64,000 nucleotides of DNA, from assembly GCA_030390025.1 (NCBI GenBank), contig CM059432.1, positions 107,634,001-107,698,000 on the forward strand. Direction: 5' to 3'. Made by a program: the position numbers and the translations under genes. Shown here piece after piece: positions 1-13,500 of this stretch (positions are counted from its first letter, which is position 1; every line of letters begins with the position of its first letter). Under the pieces are notes generated by a model that was not told where the DNA came from, did no database searches, and worked only from the letters and a program-made list of their open reading frames with translations. This stretch comes from Squalus acanthias (Eukaryota).

Positions 1-502
1 CAAAGTCCAATTTCAAACCCTAAAAGCCATAATCAGCACAAGCTAGACCAAGTAGGGTGGCGGGGGTGGGGTAATTTTCAACTTCTGCCTAAATTGGCCA
101 CAAAGTTGGTGGAATGGCCAGGTCGCTCTCCCGAAGCTGGCATCAGAAGACCTGAACCATTTTCAAGTTCGGCCGTCACTTCAATGTAGCCAACGCGATG
201 CGGATGCCAAACGAACTCTGCTGCAGCTAGCTGGTTGTGGGAGGGCAGGAAATCAATCGGCTTCCACGCTGAACTAGCAGGCAAGTTGGGCTTGGCCGAA
301 GGGGGACAGGGGAAGCCAATCCTGGAGGGTGTCAATCAGTGGGCAGCAACAAGCTGCAGTTATTTTGTGAAGCCACGAGGGCCTTTTCTGGAGCAGCAGC
401 CAGCGGTCCCTTTAAGAACTGCTGGTTAGGCCACTCACTGCTGGGTACAAATAGGCAGAGCTAGTGTGGCACATACTCCGCCCATTTGTACCTAAAAATT
501 GC

Positions 503-2254
503 AAATGTCGGGACAAAAAAGGTGATATATGTTTAGAGGTGCAGGGCAAGCCTAGAATACTTAATGAGTACTTTGTATTGGTGTTTACTAAGGAAGAGGA
601 TGCTGACAAAATATCAGTAGAAGCGGAGATGGTAGAGGTAATGGATGGGGTGAAAATTGAGAAGCAGAATGTACTGGGAAGGCTGGATATGCTTAGAGTG
701 GATAAGTCGCCTGGTCCAGATGGTTTGTATCCCAGGTTGCTAAGGGAAGTGGGGATGGAGATAGCTAAGGGCTTGCCATAATATTCCAATCTTCCCTAGA
801 TACAGGGGAGGTGCCAGAGGATTGGAAAGTGGCAAATGTGACACCCTTGTTCAAGAAAGGGTGTAAGGACAATCCTAGTAACTACAGGCTGGTCAGTTTA
901 ACATCAGTGGTGGGTAAAGTTTTAGAAACAATAATCAGGGAAAAAATTAATGGGCACTTGGAGAGGTTTAAGTTAATTAAAGGAGAGCCAACACGGATTT
1001 GTAAAAGGCAGATCATGTTTGACTAATCTAATTGAATTTTTTGATGAAGTAACAGAGAAGTTTGATGAAGGGAATGCAGTGGGTGTTGACTAATGGATTT
1101 TAAGAAAGCGTTTGACAAAGTACCACATAAAAGGCTGGTTAACAAAATTGAGGCTCATGGAATAGGAGGGCCAGTGTCAGCTTGGATAAGAAATTGGCTT
1201 AAGGACAGAAAACAACGAGTTGTGGTAAATGGTTGTTTTTCAGACTGGAGGATGGTAGACAGTGGTGTTCCCCAAGGGTCAGTGCTGGGACCACTGTTTT
1301 TTTTATATATATAAATGACTTGGATATTGGAATACAGAGTAAAATTTCAAAATTTGACGATGATACCAAACTTGGAGTGTGGCAAACAGTGAGGAGGATA
1401 ACAATCGACTGCAACAGGACATAGAAAGGCTAGCAGAATGGGCAGACTAGTGACAGATGGAATTTAATACAGAGAAGTGTGAGGTGATGCATTTTGGCAG
1501 AAGGGATAGGGAGAGGCAATATACACTTAATGGCACAGTTTTAAAGAATGTGCAGGGACAGAGGGACCTGGGGGTTCATGTGCATAGATCTTTGAAGGTG
1601 GCAGGACATATTGAGAGAGTAGTTAGCAAAGCTTATGGGGTCTTGGGCTTCATAAATAGAGGTATTGAGTACAAAAGCAGGGAAGTTATGCTTTACCTTT
1701 ATAAAGCGCTGGTTAGGCCACAATTAGAGTATTGCGTCCACTTCTGGCCACCACACTTTAGGAAGGATGTGAAGGTCCTTGAGAGGGTGCAGAGGAGATT
1801 TACCAGAATGGTTCCAGGGATGAGAGATTTTAGCTACAAGGTTAGGTTGGAGAAGCTGGGGTTGTTCTCCTTGGAGCAAAGGAGGTTGAGGGGAGATTTG
1901 ATAGAGTTGTACAAGATTATGACGGGTTTGGATAAGGTAGACAGAGAAAGGCTGTTCCCATTAGCTGATGGTACAAGGACTAGGGGACACAGATTTAAGG
2001 TTTTGGGCAAGAGATACAGGGGGGATGTGAGGAAGAACTTTTTTACGCAGCAAGTAGTCATGACCTGGAACTCGCTTCCGACGAGGGTGGTGGAAGCGGA
2101 GATCATCAATGATTTCAAAAGGAAATTGGATAGGCACTTGAGGGAAATAAACTTGCAGGGCTATGGGGATAGAGCGGGGGAATGGGACTGACTGGATTGT
2201 TCTACATGGATTCGATGGGCCAAGTGGCCTCCTTCTGTGCCGTAGTGACTCTAT
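503..2254 (+). mobile_element. CR1 LINE, 5'-truncated, degenerate ORF2 (RT)
   Basis: ORF fragments DKSPGPDGLYPRLLRE, PEDWKVANVTPLFKKG, DFKKAFDKVPH, SGVPQGSVLGP, KFDDDTK, LYKALVRPQLEYC. CR1 3' UTR and (ATGACTCT)n tail, split by a MITE and resuming at 2999-3008. Confidence 0.95.
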
Positions 2255-2998
2255 GGGCTGGATTTTGTCTTGGGGTCGGGTTGGGGTCGTGTCATCCACA
2301 TTTCGTGTTTCCCCCCCCCCGACTCCAGATTAATGTGGATGAATGATGCAATTTTAACTTAATTGGGCAATTGAGTTCCAGCATGTGGGAACCCATGAAC
2401 CAATTAGTGGTTTCAGCCTGAAACCCGCCTCTGATGATGTCATCATTGCGGACTGCCTGCTCTCAGAGATTGTCTGGCTGCTGGTGAGAGAGGACCTACC
2501 TGGCTTTTGATGTGATTGGACCTGGATGGAAAATTGATATGAGAGAGAGAGAGAGAGAGAATTTTTTCCATCCAAGTCCTCTCGCAGCAAAGGCCAGGCA
2601 GTCTCTGAAGACATTCAATGGAGCAGCATCAGAGGCGACTTTCAGACCTAATACTACTACTACCTTCATCACATCTCCGTTGTAATAGTGCACCTGCAGC
2701 TGATAGTCAGCTATCCACTTGTGCTCCCGCCAGGTTTAACTGGAGTGTTTCACACCAGGCGTACTTCACGTCAGAAAAGGGTTAAACTAGGTACAACGAT
2801 TCAAAATAGCATTACAGACCCAATTTAGGGCTTGTTAAGGGCTGTAATGGCCTCTCCCGCCTCTTGGAGTCGGGAACCCCGTGACTGATTTTGTCAAAAT
2901 TGCGTGGAGGCGGGATGGGGTCGGAAACCCCGACCCTGCAAATTTAACCCCCCACACGCCTCCAAACCCGACTCCATGGGTCATTCAAAATCCAGCCC
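2255..2998. mobile_element. PIF/Harbinger-type MITE
   Basis: TIR GGGCTGGATTTTG / CAAAATCCAGCCC; 3-bp TSD TAT (2252-2254, 2999-3001); no coding capacity. Confidence 0.9.
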
Positions 2999-3025
2999 TA
3001 TGACTCTAGTCCTACAACCGGTGTG

Positions 3026-3217
3026 GGGGCCCGATTTGAATATTTAAGCTGGAAATAGTTGGGCAGGCTGCTCACCAATTTACAGGCCTTGCTGAAAATT
3101 GCATCAAGTGGGCCTAGGGTATCCAGAGGGTGGCTGAGGTGCTCTTACCCAAATTTTCACCTGCCAGCCACCCCTTTTTCAGGTGAGAAATGGGTGGAGC
3201 AGTTGAAAATCGCCCCC
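3026..3217. mobile_element. short degenerate Harbinger-type MITE
   Basis: Imperfect termini GGGGCCCGATTT ... AAATCGCCCC. Confidence 0.45.
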
Positions 3218-3440
3218 AATCAGAAGATTCTATTTGTTATTTACACCAAAGTAAAGTGTTTATTTTCTCCTTGCGCCAGCTTAGGCCAATCAAACATCAC
3301 CCTACTGGACTGTAACAGCTAATTTTATTTCAGAAATTACTCTTTCACACGGTCTGTAGACACTTCCCTCTCAGATAAAGAACATTTACCAGCTTTAAGG
3401 CACCTTGGCAGATTTTCCATTACAGGAAGTTTAATACCAT

Positions 3441-3798
3441 GGGGCAGAAATTCCTCAGCCCCAACAGCACTCCTCTGGCACAAGTTGGGCACTAGAGGGC
3501 CAATGGAGGCGGGATTTCTGCTGGGACATGGACGGGGACATCAGGTCTCCGCTCAATATCCTGCCTCGTCCCAATTTGAGTCAGGGCCTATATTGGCTAG
3601 AACTTCTGTCCATCCCAAAATGGACCCTTACGTCAGAGAGGGCAGGGTCAAGGGGAGACAATTCCCACGCCTCATCTGCTCCAGCTTCCCTCTTGCCAAG
3701 TGACCTGGACACCAGGATGAACCCAGTCGGCTCGGGTCCATAAGTAGCGCCTAACTGGGGGTTCAGGCCAAATTGTGGCGGCACAAATCTTTTTGGCC
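3441..3798. mobile_element. degenerate Harbinger-type MITE
   Basis: Left end GGGGCAGAAATT resembles other MITE TIRs in the window; right end is degenerate. Confidence 0.4.
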
Positions 3799-3994
3799 AC
3801 TTGTGCTGATCTTAAAAAAATATGCTTGGCCATTGGCATTTACTGTGGTATTAATGGCTTGCCAGTACTACTTTTCCTATGCCCCTCTTCTGGTGGGTGC
3901 TAAAGATACCCAACAAATGGTAATTATGTGACCCTGCTCAAATCCCGGATACTCTGGTGGGGTCAAAAGCAGAGGTCACTGGCATCCACTCCAC

Positions 3995-4465
3995 CACCTA
4001 GAATTACAACATGAGACCAGGCTGTTTGGTTCAACAAGATCGTGTTGGTGTTTCTCCTCCTCATGAACAGTAGTCCTAATCTCATGCACCTGCCTGTTCC
4101 TATATCCCTGTATCCCTTCCTTCAACCATCTATCTATCCCATTCTTAAATGTTGACATAGTCCCTGCTTCAATCACTAACTCCAGTAGTGTATTTCATAG
4201 CCTCACAACTCACTGTAAAAAGGTTTTCCTGCTCTGTCCTAAATCTCTTACATTTAACCTTACATCTGTGTCCTCTTCTTGTAGATCTCTCAATCATTGG
4301 CTATCTACTCCATTCCATCCCTTCATTATTTTAAATATCTCTATCATATCACCCCATAATCTCCTCTGTTCTAACAAAACAGCCACAGTTTTTCAAGTTC
4401 TTCTTTGTATTTGAATCTCCTTACACCAGACAGTATCCTAGTGACTCTGTGCTGTATTCTCCCAA
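3995..4465 (-). mobile_element. old CR1 3' fragment
   Basis: Minus ORF IEAGTMSTFKNGIDRWLKEG matches the CR1 ORF2 C-terminus. Confidence 0.7.
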
Positions 4466-4469
4466 GTGC

Positions 4470-5795
4470 CTGGTTGTCCACAACCATTCTTGACTGGATC
4501 TTGTAGGGCTCCAGAGCTTTGCTCGGATTGGTTGGTTGTGGGCCCATTTAGCTCTGTCTTCAACCTGCTAATTTTAAAGTATGCCCATTGTTGCTCAAGA
4601 TATGGCCTTCTACACTCCACATTGAACCAGGGTTGGTCTCCTGGCTTGATGGAGATGGAGATGGAGGAGTGAGGAATGCGCAAAGCCATAAAGTTACAGA
4701 TTGTGATGGTATATAATTCTGCTGATGGCTCACAGTGCCTAATGGACACCCAATTCTGGATTGCTAGATCTGTCCTTAGTCTGTCCCACTTAGCACAGTG
4801 GCAGTGCCATACTACACGATGGAGGGTGTCTTCACACGGCCTCTGCGGTGGTCGCTCCAATCAGTACCATTGTAGATAGACATGCGTGCAACAGTTGGGT
4901 TGGCAAGGACTAGGTCAAGTTAGTTACTTCCTCATGTTGGTTCCCTCAGCACTTCATGCAGGTCCCGTCTGCCAGCTATGTTCTTCAGGACTCTGCCAGC
5001 TCTGTCCCTGCTGGTACCACTGAACCACTTTTTAGTGGTGGGCAATGAAGTACATTTTGTGTCCTTACTTCCAAGCAATGTTCAACATGATAGATTTGTG
5101 ATAGTCAAGGGTATTGAGGATTATGGAACTAAGGCGGGTAGATGGGGTTAAGATACAGATCAGTCATGATCTAATTAAATGACAGAACGGGCTCAAGGGG
5201 CTGAATGGCCTACTCCTGTTGCTATGTTCCTTCCTATGAGAGGTACTGATGCTTCAGTTTACAGTGGTAGGTGGGAGGGGGTGGGGGGTGGGAGGTTTCA
5301 GCAGGAGGTTTCCTTGACCTTCTTTGGCCTGAAACAATGAAACCTCATGGGCTCCAAAGTCAATATTGAGGACTCTAAGGACCACTCCCAGCTGACTGTA
5401 AACCATTGTATCCCCACCTCTGCTGGGTCTATCTTGGTGGTGGGGAGGACAGATCCATGGATGGTGATGAAGGAGTCCAAGATGTTCGCTGATAGGTATG
5501 ATTCTGTGAGTACAACTACGTCAGGCTGTTCCTCAACTAGTCAATGGGACAGCTTTCCCAAATTGAGTACCAGTCTCCCAGATGTCCCCCAGAGGAGGAC
5601 TTTGTAGGATCGACTGGGCTAAAATTTCTTAAATCTTGTCTGGGTTGTTGCCAGCTGATTCATCCACCTCCATATTGAACATCACTTGGAAGAAGTTCCG
5701 AGAGAAGCAAGGGCACAGAATGTACTTCAGTGTCCACCACCAAAAAGTGGTTCAGTGGTTAACACCACCGACAGAGCTGGCAGAGTCCCGAAGGA
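4470..5795. mobile_element. scrambled fragments of the LF-SINE-headed LINE family, plus a short CR1 3' end at ~5090-5235
   Basis: Minus strand KWDRLRTDLAIQNW...IKPGDQPWFNVECRR and a minus copy of the APE N-terminus. The plus fragment 5655-5795 matches 48410-48560. Confidence 0.75.
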
Positions 5796-6413
5796 TCTTT
5801 TTATCTCGGTGTTTTCAGCAGTTGAAATAAAGTCAACTATCAGGAGTCAAAATCTTTTCTTTGTTCTGCAGCTTTGAAGCTAAATAAACAACGACCCACA
5901 CAGAACGCAAGCTGTAGCCGCCTCACAACCAAGCACTGCTTCTCTTGTTTGCACAACTTTGCCTGTCAACATTCTGTCCTTAATCATCTTTCGGCCTATC
6001 CCTGAACTCTTACATTAACATGATTGAGTATTACATTGCAGACCTGTGACCAAAAACATACCTGACACAAGAATCATTCAAACATAATTAATTTGAGCCT
6101 GCTACATGAAAGACTGAGAAACTGTCCTAAATAAAGGCAGCTTTAGTTTTATCTAGAAACCATCTTTCTTTGGAATCTTTTTAATTTAGTTTTTACCAGT
6201 TTTGTGGTCCAGACAGAGGCGGAGGTTAGTTGTTAATTTACGTCTCCTTAATAATGAAGCATGGTTACTTCTGCAGGATAAGGTTACAAAAGTTGTGTTT
6301 ATAAAACTTTACAGCATGACTGTTCTATTAACAAATTCCCCACCGACTGACTTATAATAGTGTAACTTCACAGGATTGTGGATGAGTAGCGAGTCTTTTT
6401 TGATGGACACCCT

Positions 6414-7790
6414 GGGGGTGATATTCCCTGGATACTTTGGGGGGAAAATTTGGTTGCTTTGCGCTTCCCGTTAGCGCCCTAAGAGGCTAAGTCCGATGGG
6501 GTCAGGGGGGCCTACCTGCGGCTGGGGCGGCACTATTTAAAGGTGAGGTGCCGGGCGGCCATTTTTGTTGCTGGCCGCCTGCCAGCACCTGCCTCCGCTC
6601 CCATCCCCGGCCTCCTTACCCGCCCCCCCCGCGGAGTGCCGGCTGCGCTCCATGAGCCCGGCACTTCTGTTGAGTGCCGGGCTCTTTTGCCGGCACTGTG
6701 GCAGGTAGCACCGCGATATTCCCTCGCAGCGCCCCAAGAGGGAGGCAGGGCACTTCCAGTAGCGCCCCGTTTCCCTCTTGGGGCGCTACCACTCAATTTC
6801 GGTCGCGGGGGCACTAATTTTTCTGGGGTGCTAAAAGTATTGCCCCGACGAAGTTAGCGCACCAAAGGGGGCGCGACTCAATTTTTCACCCTTTAGGTGC
6901 TAAAGAGCCTCCGAGGTAGGCAAGTTGGGGTTTTAAGCTGAAACGCTGGTTTAGCCCAAGACACCATCTTGGTAAAGGAGTTGAAGCGTGCGCTAGGAAC
7001 GGCCGCTGAGAGGATCATTAAAGGGCTGATTGCCTCTTAAATTGCCTGCTAGCACTCATTAAGGAGTCTGCACAGCATTTTGGTGGCTAGCACTTGACCG
7101 AATGCCCCCTCCAAACAGCGACCAGCTGATTGGGAGTAAACTAGTCATTGCTGAGAATTTCGAATGCTAGTTAAAGGCATACTCACCTTTTACTGTTCAC
7201 TTGCTACTGGAGGTTTGAAGAGGACTTTTGAAACACATCAGGAGATTTTCTGGGACACTTTGTCAAGACTTCACCAACACTCTATCAATATTTATTCTGG
7301 AAATTCTCTGAGGACTGCACCCAATAAGAGTGAGTGCTGGGCTACTCTGCCTTATTGGACACCATATATGAGTCACCAGGAGAAAGGGAACGCTTGGTCA
7401 TGGGCATCTTGCTAGGTGTTCCCCTTGGTCTGCAGGAGGAATGGGAGGAAGACAGGAGGCCAGGCAGAGCAGCACCAGCTGCTGCAGGAGAGAGGGACAG
7501 GAGGGAGAGGTGAATCCCTCCTCCTCAGGACCTCCTCCACCAGAACCTCCAGTGCCGCATCCGAGAACCTGTGCAGCCCACATATACTGCTCCGTGAAAA
7601 TTGCGTCTAATCAGCACTAGAGTGCTAAACCTACAGGTGTCTGGTTTAGCGTCTCCAGGCAAGTTCAAATTATGGTAATCAGCAATTAAGCCCAAAATTG
7701 CATGCCAAAACCAAACTTTCAAATAGGCGTGTCTATTAGCATAGCACCCATTTAGCACCTGTTTTCACCCTTACACCAAAATAATCCCCT
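6414..7790. mobile_element. non-autonomous Harbinger-type element, host of a nested MITE
   Basis: Degenerate termini GGGGGTGATATT ... AATAATCCCCT; the sequence rejoins across the nested 6439-6891 insertion. Confidence 0.5.
6439..6891. mobile_element. Harbinger-type MITE, GC-rich
   Basis: TIR GGGGGGAAAATT / AATTTTTCACCC; TSD TTT; its subterminal sequence matches the reverse complement of the right end of 8734-9587. Confidence 0.8.
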
Positions 7791-8139
7791 CTCAGTTTTC
7801 AGTCATTCAAAAATATAGCATTCTAAACAATATTTATTCCAGTTCTTACATAGTTGATCACAAGACATTATTAACTTACTGAGATTGTTATATTATATAA
7901 ATCATATGCAGCATTCTGCAAACATTTAAGTCCAAGCAGACATCTGCCATGTGATGGATCCTAATTTAAGCATTTTCCGAATGTCTGGTAAATCACATAA
8001 ACTGTTCCGGGTAAAATGCAAACTGCCACATGTCTGAGAGCTGCAACACATTAGAATGAAACAGTGTTAGCATTCATAACATTGGTTGTAGAAGTTAAAT
8101 TAAAAAAATCAGATAAATAAAGATGCAAAAAGTCTAATT

Positions 8140-8545
8140 TTTTTTACAGAGCAGTCACAGTCCACAAGTTTAGTGCCAGGAACTTGTTCAGCTCCCTTTT
8201 GAAGCCTTTAGTGAATCCACACTCGCCGCATGTACTGGTAACCTATTCCAGAGTTTGATGACTCTCCTCAGAAAAGAACTAGTCACTGGCACTTAACCAA
8301 ACTCTATACTTTCATAACTTGTGCTGAAGACACTGAGTTCTCCTCTGCCTTTCTGGCTCAAATAATCTTTTCCAGAGTTAAAAAGCCCCAGTTCCCTAAG
8401 CCTATCCTGATAACTAAGGGCCCCGAAACAGTGATCAATCGAGTGCACCTCCTCTGGACCTATTCAAGAGCCTCGATATCCTCCACCATGTGAAGGAATC
8501 AAAAAAGGACATGGTATTCTAGAAGGGGCCAAATCAAGATCTTGT
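8140..8545 (-). mobile_element. very old CR1-like fragment
   Basis: Degenerate similarity to the reverse complement of the CR1 ORF2 3' region. Confidence 0.45.
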
Positions 8546-8733
8546 GCTGTTCTTCTAGGCCTGAATTGACTGCAAAGGAGAGCGGAGTAAGACTACCCCA
8601 TCCAGAGAGTCTCACTGAACTGCCTTCTGGTATCAGGTCACCCCTGCATCCAGATTCAGGTCGCATTCATGTTATCACCTGCAGCATCGGAGTGAAGTGA
8701 AACAACTTCACAGTAACCCCAGTTAGAGTCATA

Positions 8734-9587
8734 GGGGGAGAAATTCAGTATCGCCCCATTTGGGGCGCAATTATCGGCCGGATGCAAAGACTGCAAACTT
8801 GACTTTTATCGTCCCTGGAGGTGATTGGAGCGCTAAATCAGGCGCTACACATCTGTCTTAAGGCGCAAAGGCCAAAGAGCAAGGCGCTAACTCAGAGCGC
8901 TGGCGAAGCTCATGTGATGTCAGTCAGCAATGGAACACAGACACAATGGCGCTGGCCAGTTCTTAAAGGGGATGGTTGATCTTGCTTTCCATCCACATCC
9001 TGCTCATTGCAGCCTTGAATCTCGGCCTGGAGAGACCAGTACATCAAATCTGCTGGAAAGAACAATGGAGAGAAATAGGGAAAGAGCTCAGAGTGCAACC
9101 CCCACAGTCTCTTCTAAATCGATACAAGGAAGGGCAAATCAAAATGAACCTGCAAAGTGCTGCTCAGTACCCAAAACTCCTTCACACAGCATTGAATCTC
9201 TCCAGAAGTCTCTCTCTCTCTCTCTCTCAGAATGCGTGGTGCAAAAATGTCACCAACAAAAATAGGCAGGAAGCGGTCGCCTTTAAATAGCGTTCCCCCA
9301 GTCCCTTCCTGACTGCAAAACGCTCCCCTCAATCTGTCGTTGCTAGCGGCAGGCGGTAAGGCAGGGGGCACCACTCAATATCCGGTCCGGGGCGCTACGC
9401 ACTCGACTGACGTCACGATCTGCCAGCGCAGGAGATCGTGGCGGTAGTGTTTAGCGGCACCGCAAAATGTCTAGTTAATTTCGCGAGCGACGCAAACATC
9501 GCCGCGCCCGGGCGCTAGTTGCTTTGCGCCCCATTAGCGTCCTCTTAAGGCGCTAACGGGAGGCACAACCAACTGAATTTTTCCCCC
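8734..9587. mobile_element. Harbinger-type MITE
   Basis: TIR GGGGGAGAAATTCAGT / ACTGAATTTTTCCCCC; TSD ATA (8731-8733, 9588-9590). Confidence 0.9.
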
Positions 9588-9598
9588 ATAGAGTCATA

Positions 9599-10442
9599 GG
9601 GCTGGATTTTGATACTGGGGACGGGATGGAGGCGGGACTCCCACTTTTTGGGTTGTAGTCCCACCTCCATCGACTTGTGGCCAACCCACTGTATTTTCAC
9701 TTGATTGATCTTGTTGAGCCCGCCCAGCGGGCTTAGCAGGCCAATTAAGGGCCACCTGGCAACAGGTGACGTCACAGATTGACATTTCATCTGTCAAGAG
9801 CTTTTGACAGATGAAATATCAACGTTTGACAGCTCTGTGAAGCTGTCAAACACTGACAATCTGTCTTCTAACTTGAGTCCTTCCTCTCAGGCTGAGTTAG
9901 AAATCAATCCAGCACAGAAATCAGAGGCTGCAGTTTTTGACAGCTCAACGGCCATTCTGTTTTCTGTGCCGGTGAGATTTCTGACTCCCGAGACCTGAAG
10001 GGCTGACACCTGCAGGAGGAAGTTAAGGTAAGTAAAACTTTTTTCCACACTTTACACTTACCTTACACATTTACCTCTGCACACATGCACTCATCACTCA
10101 CCTGCCCACCGGACATATCGACCCCTCCAACCCCTGCAGACCCACGGTCCGCCTCGCTAACTTGGCGTGGTTCGGACCTGTCGGGAAGCCCACATTTCAC
10201 GCATAAAAATAGGGATTAGGCAAAAAACTGCCTGTTAACTAACTGTTAACAGGCAGTTTATTGGCACTAATCCCCTTCCTGCCTCGGGGAGGCAGGTCCC
10301 AGCACAGGTCGGTTACCCGCCTCCTGTGAAACTGGCATGGAGGCGGGTTGGGGGCGGGATGGGTTTGGGACCCCCGAATCTGCAACTTTAACCCCCCACA
10401 CGCCTCCAAACCCGCCTCCACGGGTCAATGAAAATCCAGCCC
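9599..10442. mobile_element. Harbinger-type MITE
   Basis: TIR GGGCTGGATTTT / AAAATCCAGCCC; TSD ATA (9596-9598, 10443-10445); right end shared with 2255-2998. Confidence 0.9.
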
Positions 10443-11450
10443 ATAGTTATACCGCACTGAAAGAGGCCCTTCGGCCCATCGTGCCTGCACCGGCCTTCAG
10501 GGATCTATGTACATGCACGCCAAGGTCCCTCTGATCCTCTGTCCTTCCTAGGGTCCTACCATTCATTGTGTATTCTCTTGCCTTGTTAGTCCTCCCAAAA
10601 TGCATCACCTCACACTTTTCAGGGTTAAATTCCATTTGCCACTGTTCTGCCCATCTGACCAACCCATCTATATCGTCCTGTAGCCTGAGGCTTCCCTCCT
10701 CGCTATTTACCACTCCACCAATTTTCATGTCATCTGCGAACTTACTGATCATACCTCCTACATTCATATCTAAATCATTAATGTACACTACAAACAGCAA
10801 AGGACCCAGCACCGATCCCTGCGGTACACCACTGGACACAGGCTTCCAGTCACAAAAACAACCTTCGACCATCACCCTCTGCCTCTTGCCACTAAGCCAA
10901 TTTTGGATCCAATGTGCCAAATTGCCCTGGACTCTTACCTTCTTGACCAGTCTCTCATGCGGGACTTTGTCAAAAGCCTTACTGAAGTCCATGTAGACTA
11001 CATCAAATACACTACCCTCATCCACACACCTAGTTACCCCCTCGAAAAATTCAATCAAATTGGTTAGACATGATCTCCCCCTGACAAAGCCATGCTGACT
11101 ATCCCTGATTAATCCCTGCCTCTCCAAGTGGAGACTAATTCTGTTCCTCAGAATTTTTTCCAATAATTTCCCTACCACTGATGTTAGGCTCACTGGCCTG
11201 TAATTCCTTGGTTTATCCCTACTACCCTTCTTGAATAATGGTATTACGTTAGCTGTCCTCCAGTCCTCTGGCACCTCCCCTGTGGCCAGAGAGGTTCTGA
11301 AAATTTGTGTCAGAGCCCCTGCAATCTCCTCCCTTGCCTCACACAGCAGCCTGGGTTACATCTTGTCTGGGCCTGGGGATTTATCCACTTTTAAGCCCGC
11401 TAAAACCGCTAGTACCTCTTCCCTCTCAATACTAATTTGTTCATATTATA
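10443..11450 (-). mobile_element. CR1 LINE fragment with an internal 3' deletion; tail extends to ~8722 through two MITEs
   Basis: ORF 10447-11274 has RT motifs (DFSKAFDKVPH, QGSVLGP, FADD). It jumps from HRSLK directly to the CR1 3' UTR. Confidence 0.93.
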
Positions 11451-12179
11451 ATTGTTATAATGTGAATGCACCCTTAATCTGATTGTGAATAGATTGACAT
11501 TCTAGACTTACATGCTCCGTGAATGTGCCCCAAATCTGACCCATTTTCCCAGGTTGGGGTTCATTCAATGTGCACATCACGCTCCCAGCAGGAATGCTGC
11601 CCTCAAGAGGGAGCCTGCCAGTGCGAAGGGAGAAAATCCTGGCCGCTGTAGCACCAGAAGAGGTGGCAAGCAATCTTAAGGGGACCCCGTAGATGGCAGC
11701 AAGGTTCCCACTCAAGGCCTCAGTCAAGACTAAGACCTTCAGCAGATAAGTGCTGAGTCCAACTTAGAGGCTAATAGAGGCCCTTTTTATCCACTAGGGG
11801 AAATCAGGGCTTTTACCACTGCTTCCCAGGGCCTTCCACACCCCAACTGCCATTCACATGCGATGGGCAGGGGAAGTGCGTCGATGGTCCCAGCAGGGTT
11901 AGAGGGTGGAGGGGTGCGTGGAAACTCCAATCTGGGCCGTGAGTCGGCATTCGGCCTCACAGCCTGAAGCTTTCCTCATTCTTCGCTCTGCTGCGATCCT
12001 GTCTGAATTCATCAGGAACAAGATATATGTGGGAGGGAGGAAAAACTGTGGTCATGCACCTCTTAAATGTACATCTTGGTGGGTCAGCCAGGAAAACATT
12101 GGCTTTCACAATAGATATTTCCTTCAGTTTAGTATCACTGACTACTCCTGCAAGCAGACCTTGCCTCCCCTATGAATTG

Positions 12180-13434
12180 GGGCATACCTTTAACTGTGAC
12201 AAAGGTAAACTATCCCTCCTCGTCCTTCTTGACTTGTCTGCAGCCTTTGACATGGTTGACCACTCCATCCTTCTTCAACGCCTCTCCACCGTCGTCCAGC
12301 TGGGTGGGACTGCACTCGCCTGGTTCCATTCTTATCTATCTAATCATAGCCAGAGAATCACCTGCAACGGCTTCTCTTCCCGCTCCTGCTTGGCCTCCTC
12401 CTATTTCTCATCTACTTATTGCCCCTTGGCCACATCATCCGAAAACATAGCGTCAGTTTCCACATGTACGCTGACGACACCCAGCTCTACCTCACCACCC
12501 ACTTCTCTCAACCCCTCCACGGTCTCTAAATTGTCTGACTGCTTGTCCGACATCCAGTTCTGGATGAGCAGAAATTTTCTCCAATTAAATATTGGGAAGA
12601 CCAAAGCCATTGATTTCGGTCCCCACCACAAACTCCGTTCCCTAACCATTGACTCCATCCCTTTCCCTAACATCTGTCTGAGGCTGAACCACACTGTTCG
12701 CAACCTTGGTGACATATTTGACCCTGAATTGAGCTTCTGACCACATATCCGCAGCATAACTAAGACCCGCCTATTTCCACCTCTGTAACATTGCCCGTCT
12801 CCGCCCTTGCCTCAGCTCATCCGCTGCTGAAACCCTCATCCATGCCTTTGTTACCTCTAGATTTGAATATTCCAATGCACTCCTGGCTGGCCTCCCACAT
12901 TCTACCCTACGTAAACTTGAGGTGATCTAAAACTCGGCTGCCCGTGTCCTAACTCGCTCCAAGTCCCGTTCACCCATCACCCCTGTGCTCGCTGACCGAC
13001 ATTGGCTCCCGGTTAAGCAAAGCCTTGATTTCAAAATTCTCATCCTTGTTTTCATATCCCTCCATGGCCTCGCCCCTCCCGATCTCTGTAATCACCTTAA
13101 GCCCCACAAGCCCCTGAGATATCTGCGCTCCTCTAATTCTGCCCTCTTGAGCATCCCTGATTATAATCGCTCAACCATTGATGGCCGTGCCTTCTGTTGT
13201 CTCGGCCCTAAGCTCTGGAATTCTCTGCCTGAACCTGTCCGCCTTGCTACCTCTCTTTCCTCCTTTAAGATGCTCCTTAAAACCTACCTCTTTGACCAAG
13301 CTTTTGGTCATCTGCCCTAATTTCTCCTTATGTGGCTCGGTGTCAAATTTTTTGTCTTTTAATACTCCTGTGAAGCACCTTGGGACGTTTCACTACGTTA
13401 AAGGTGCTATATAAATACAAGTTGTTGTTGTTGA
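12180..13434 (+). mobile_element. L2 LINE, 5'-truncated
   Basis: [49 protein letters not shown]...FKMLLKTYLF; (GTT)n tail. Confidence 0.93.
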
Positions 13435-13500
13435 ACAGCTCAATAGCAAGAACCAGAGATCACGCAAAGGGTGGTAGAAGTTGGGAACTCTCTTCCGCAA

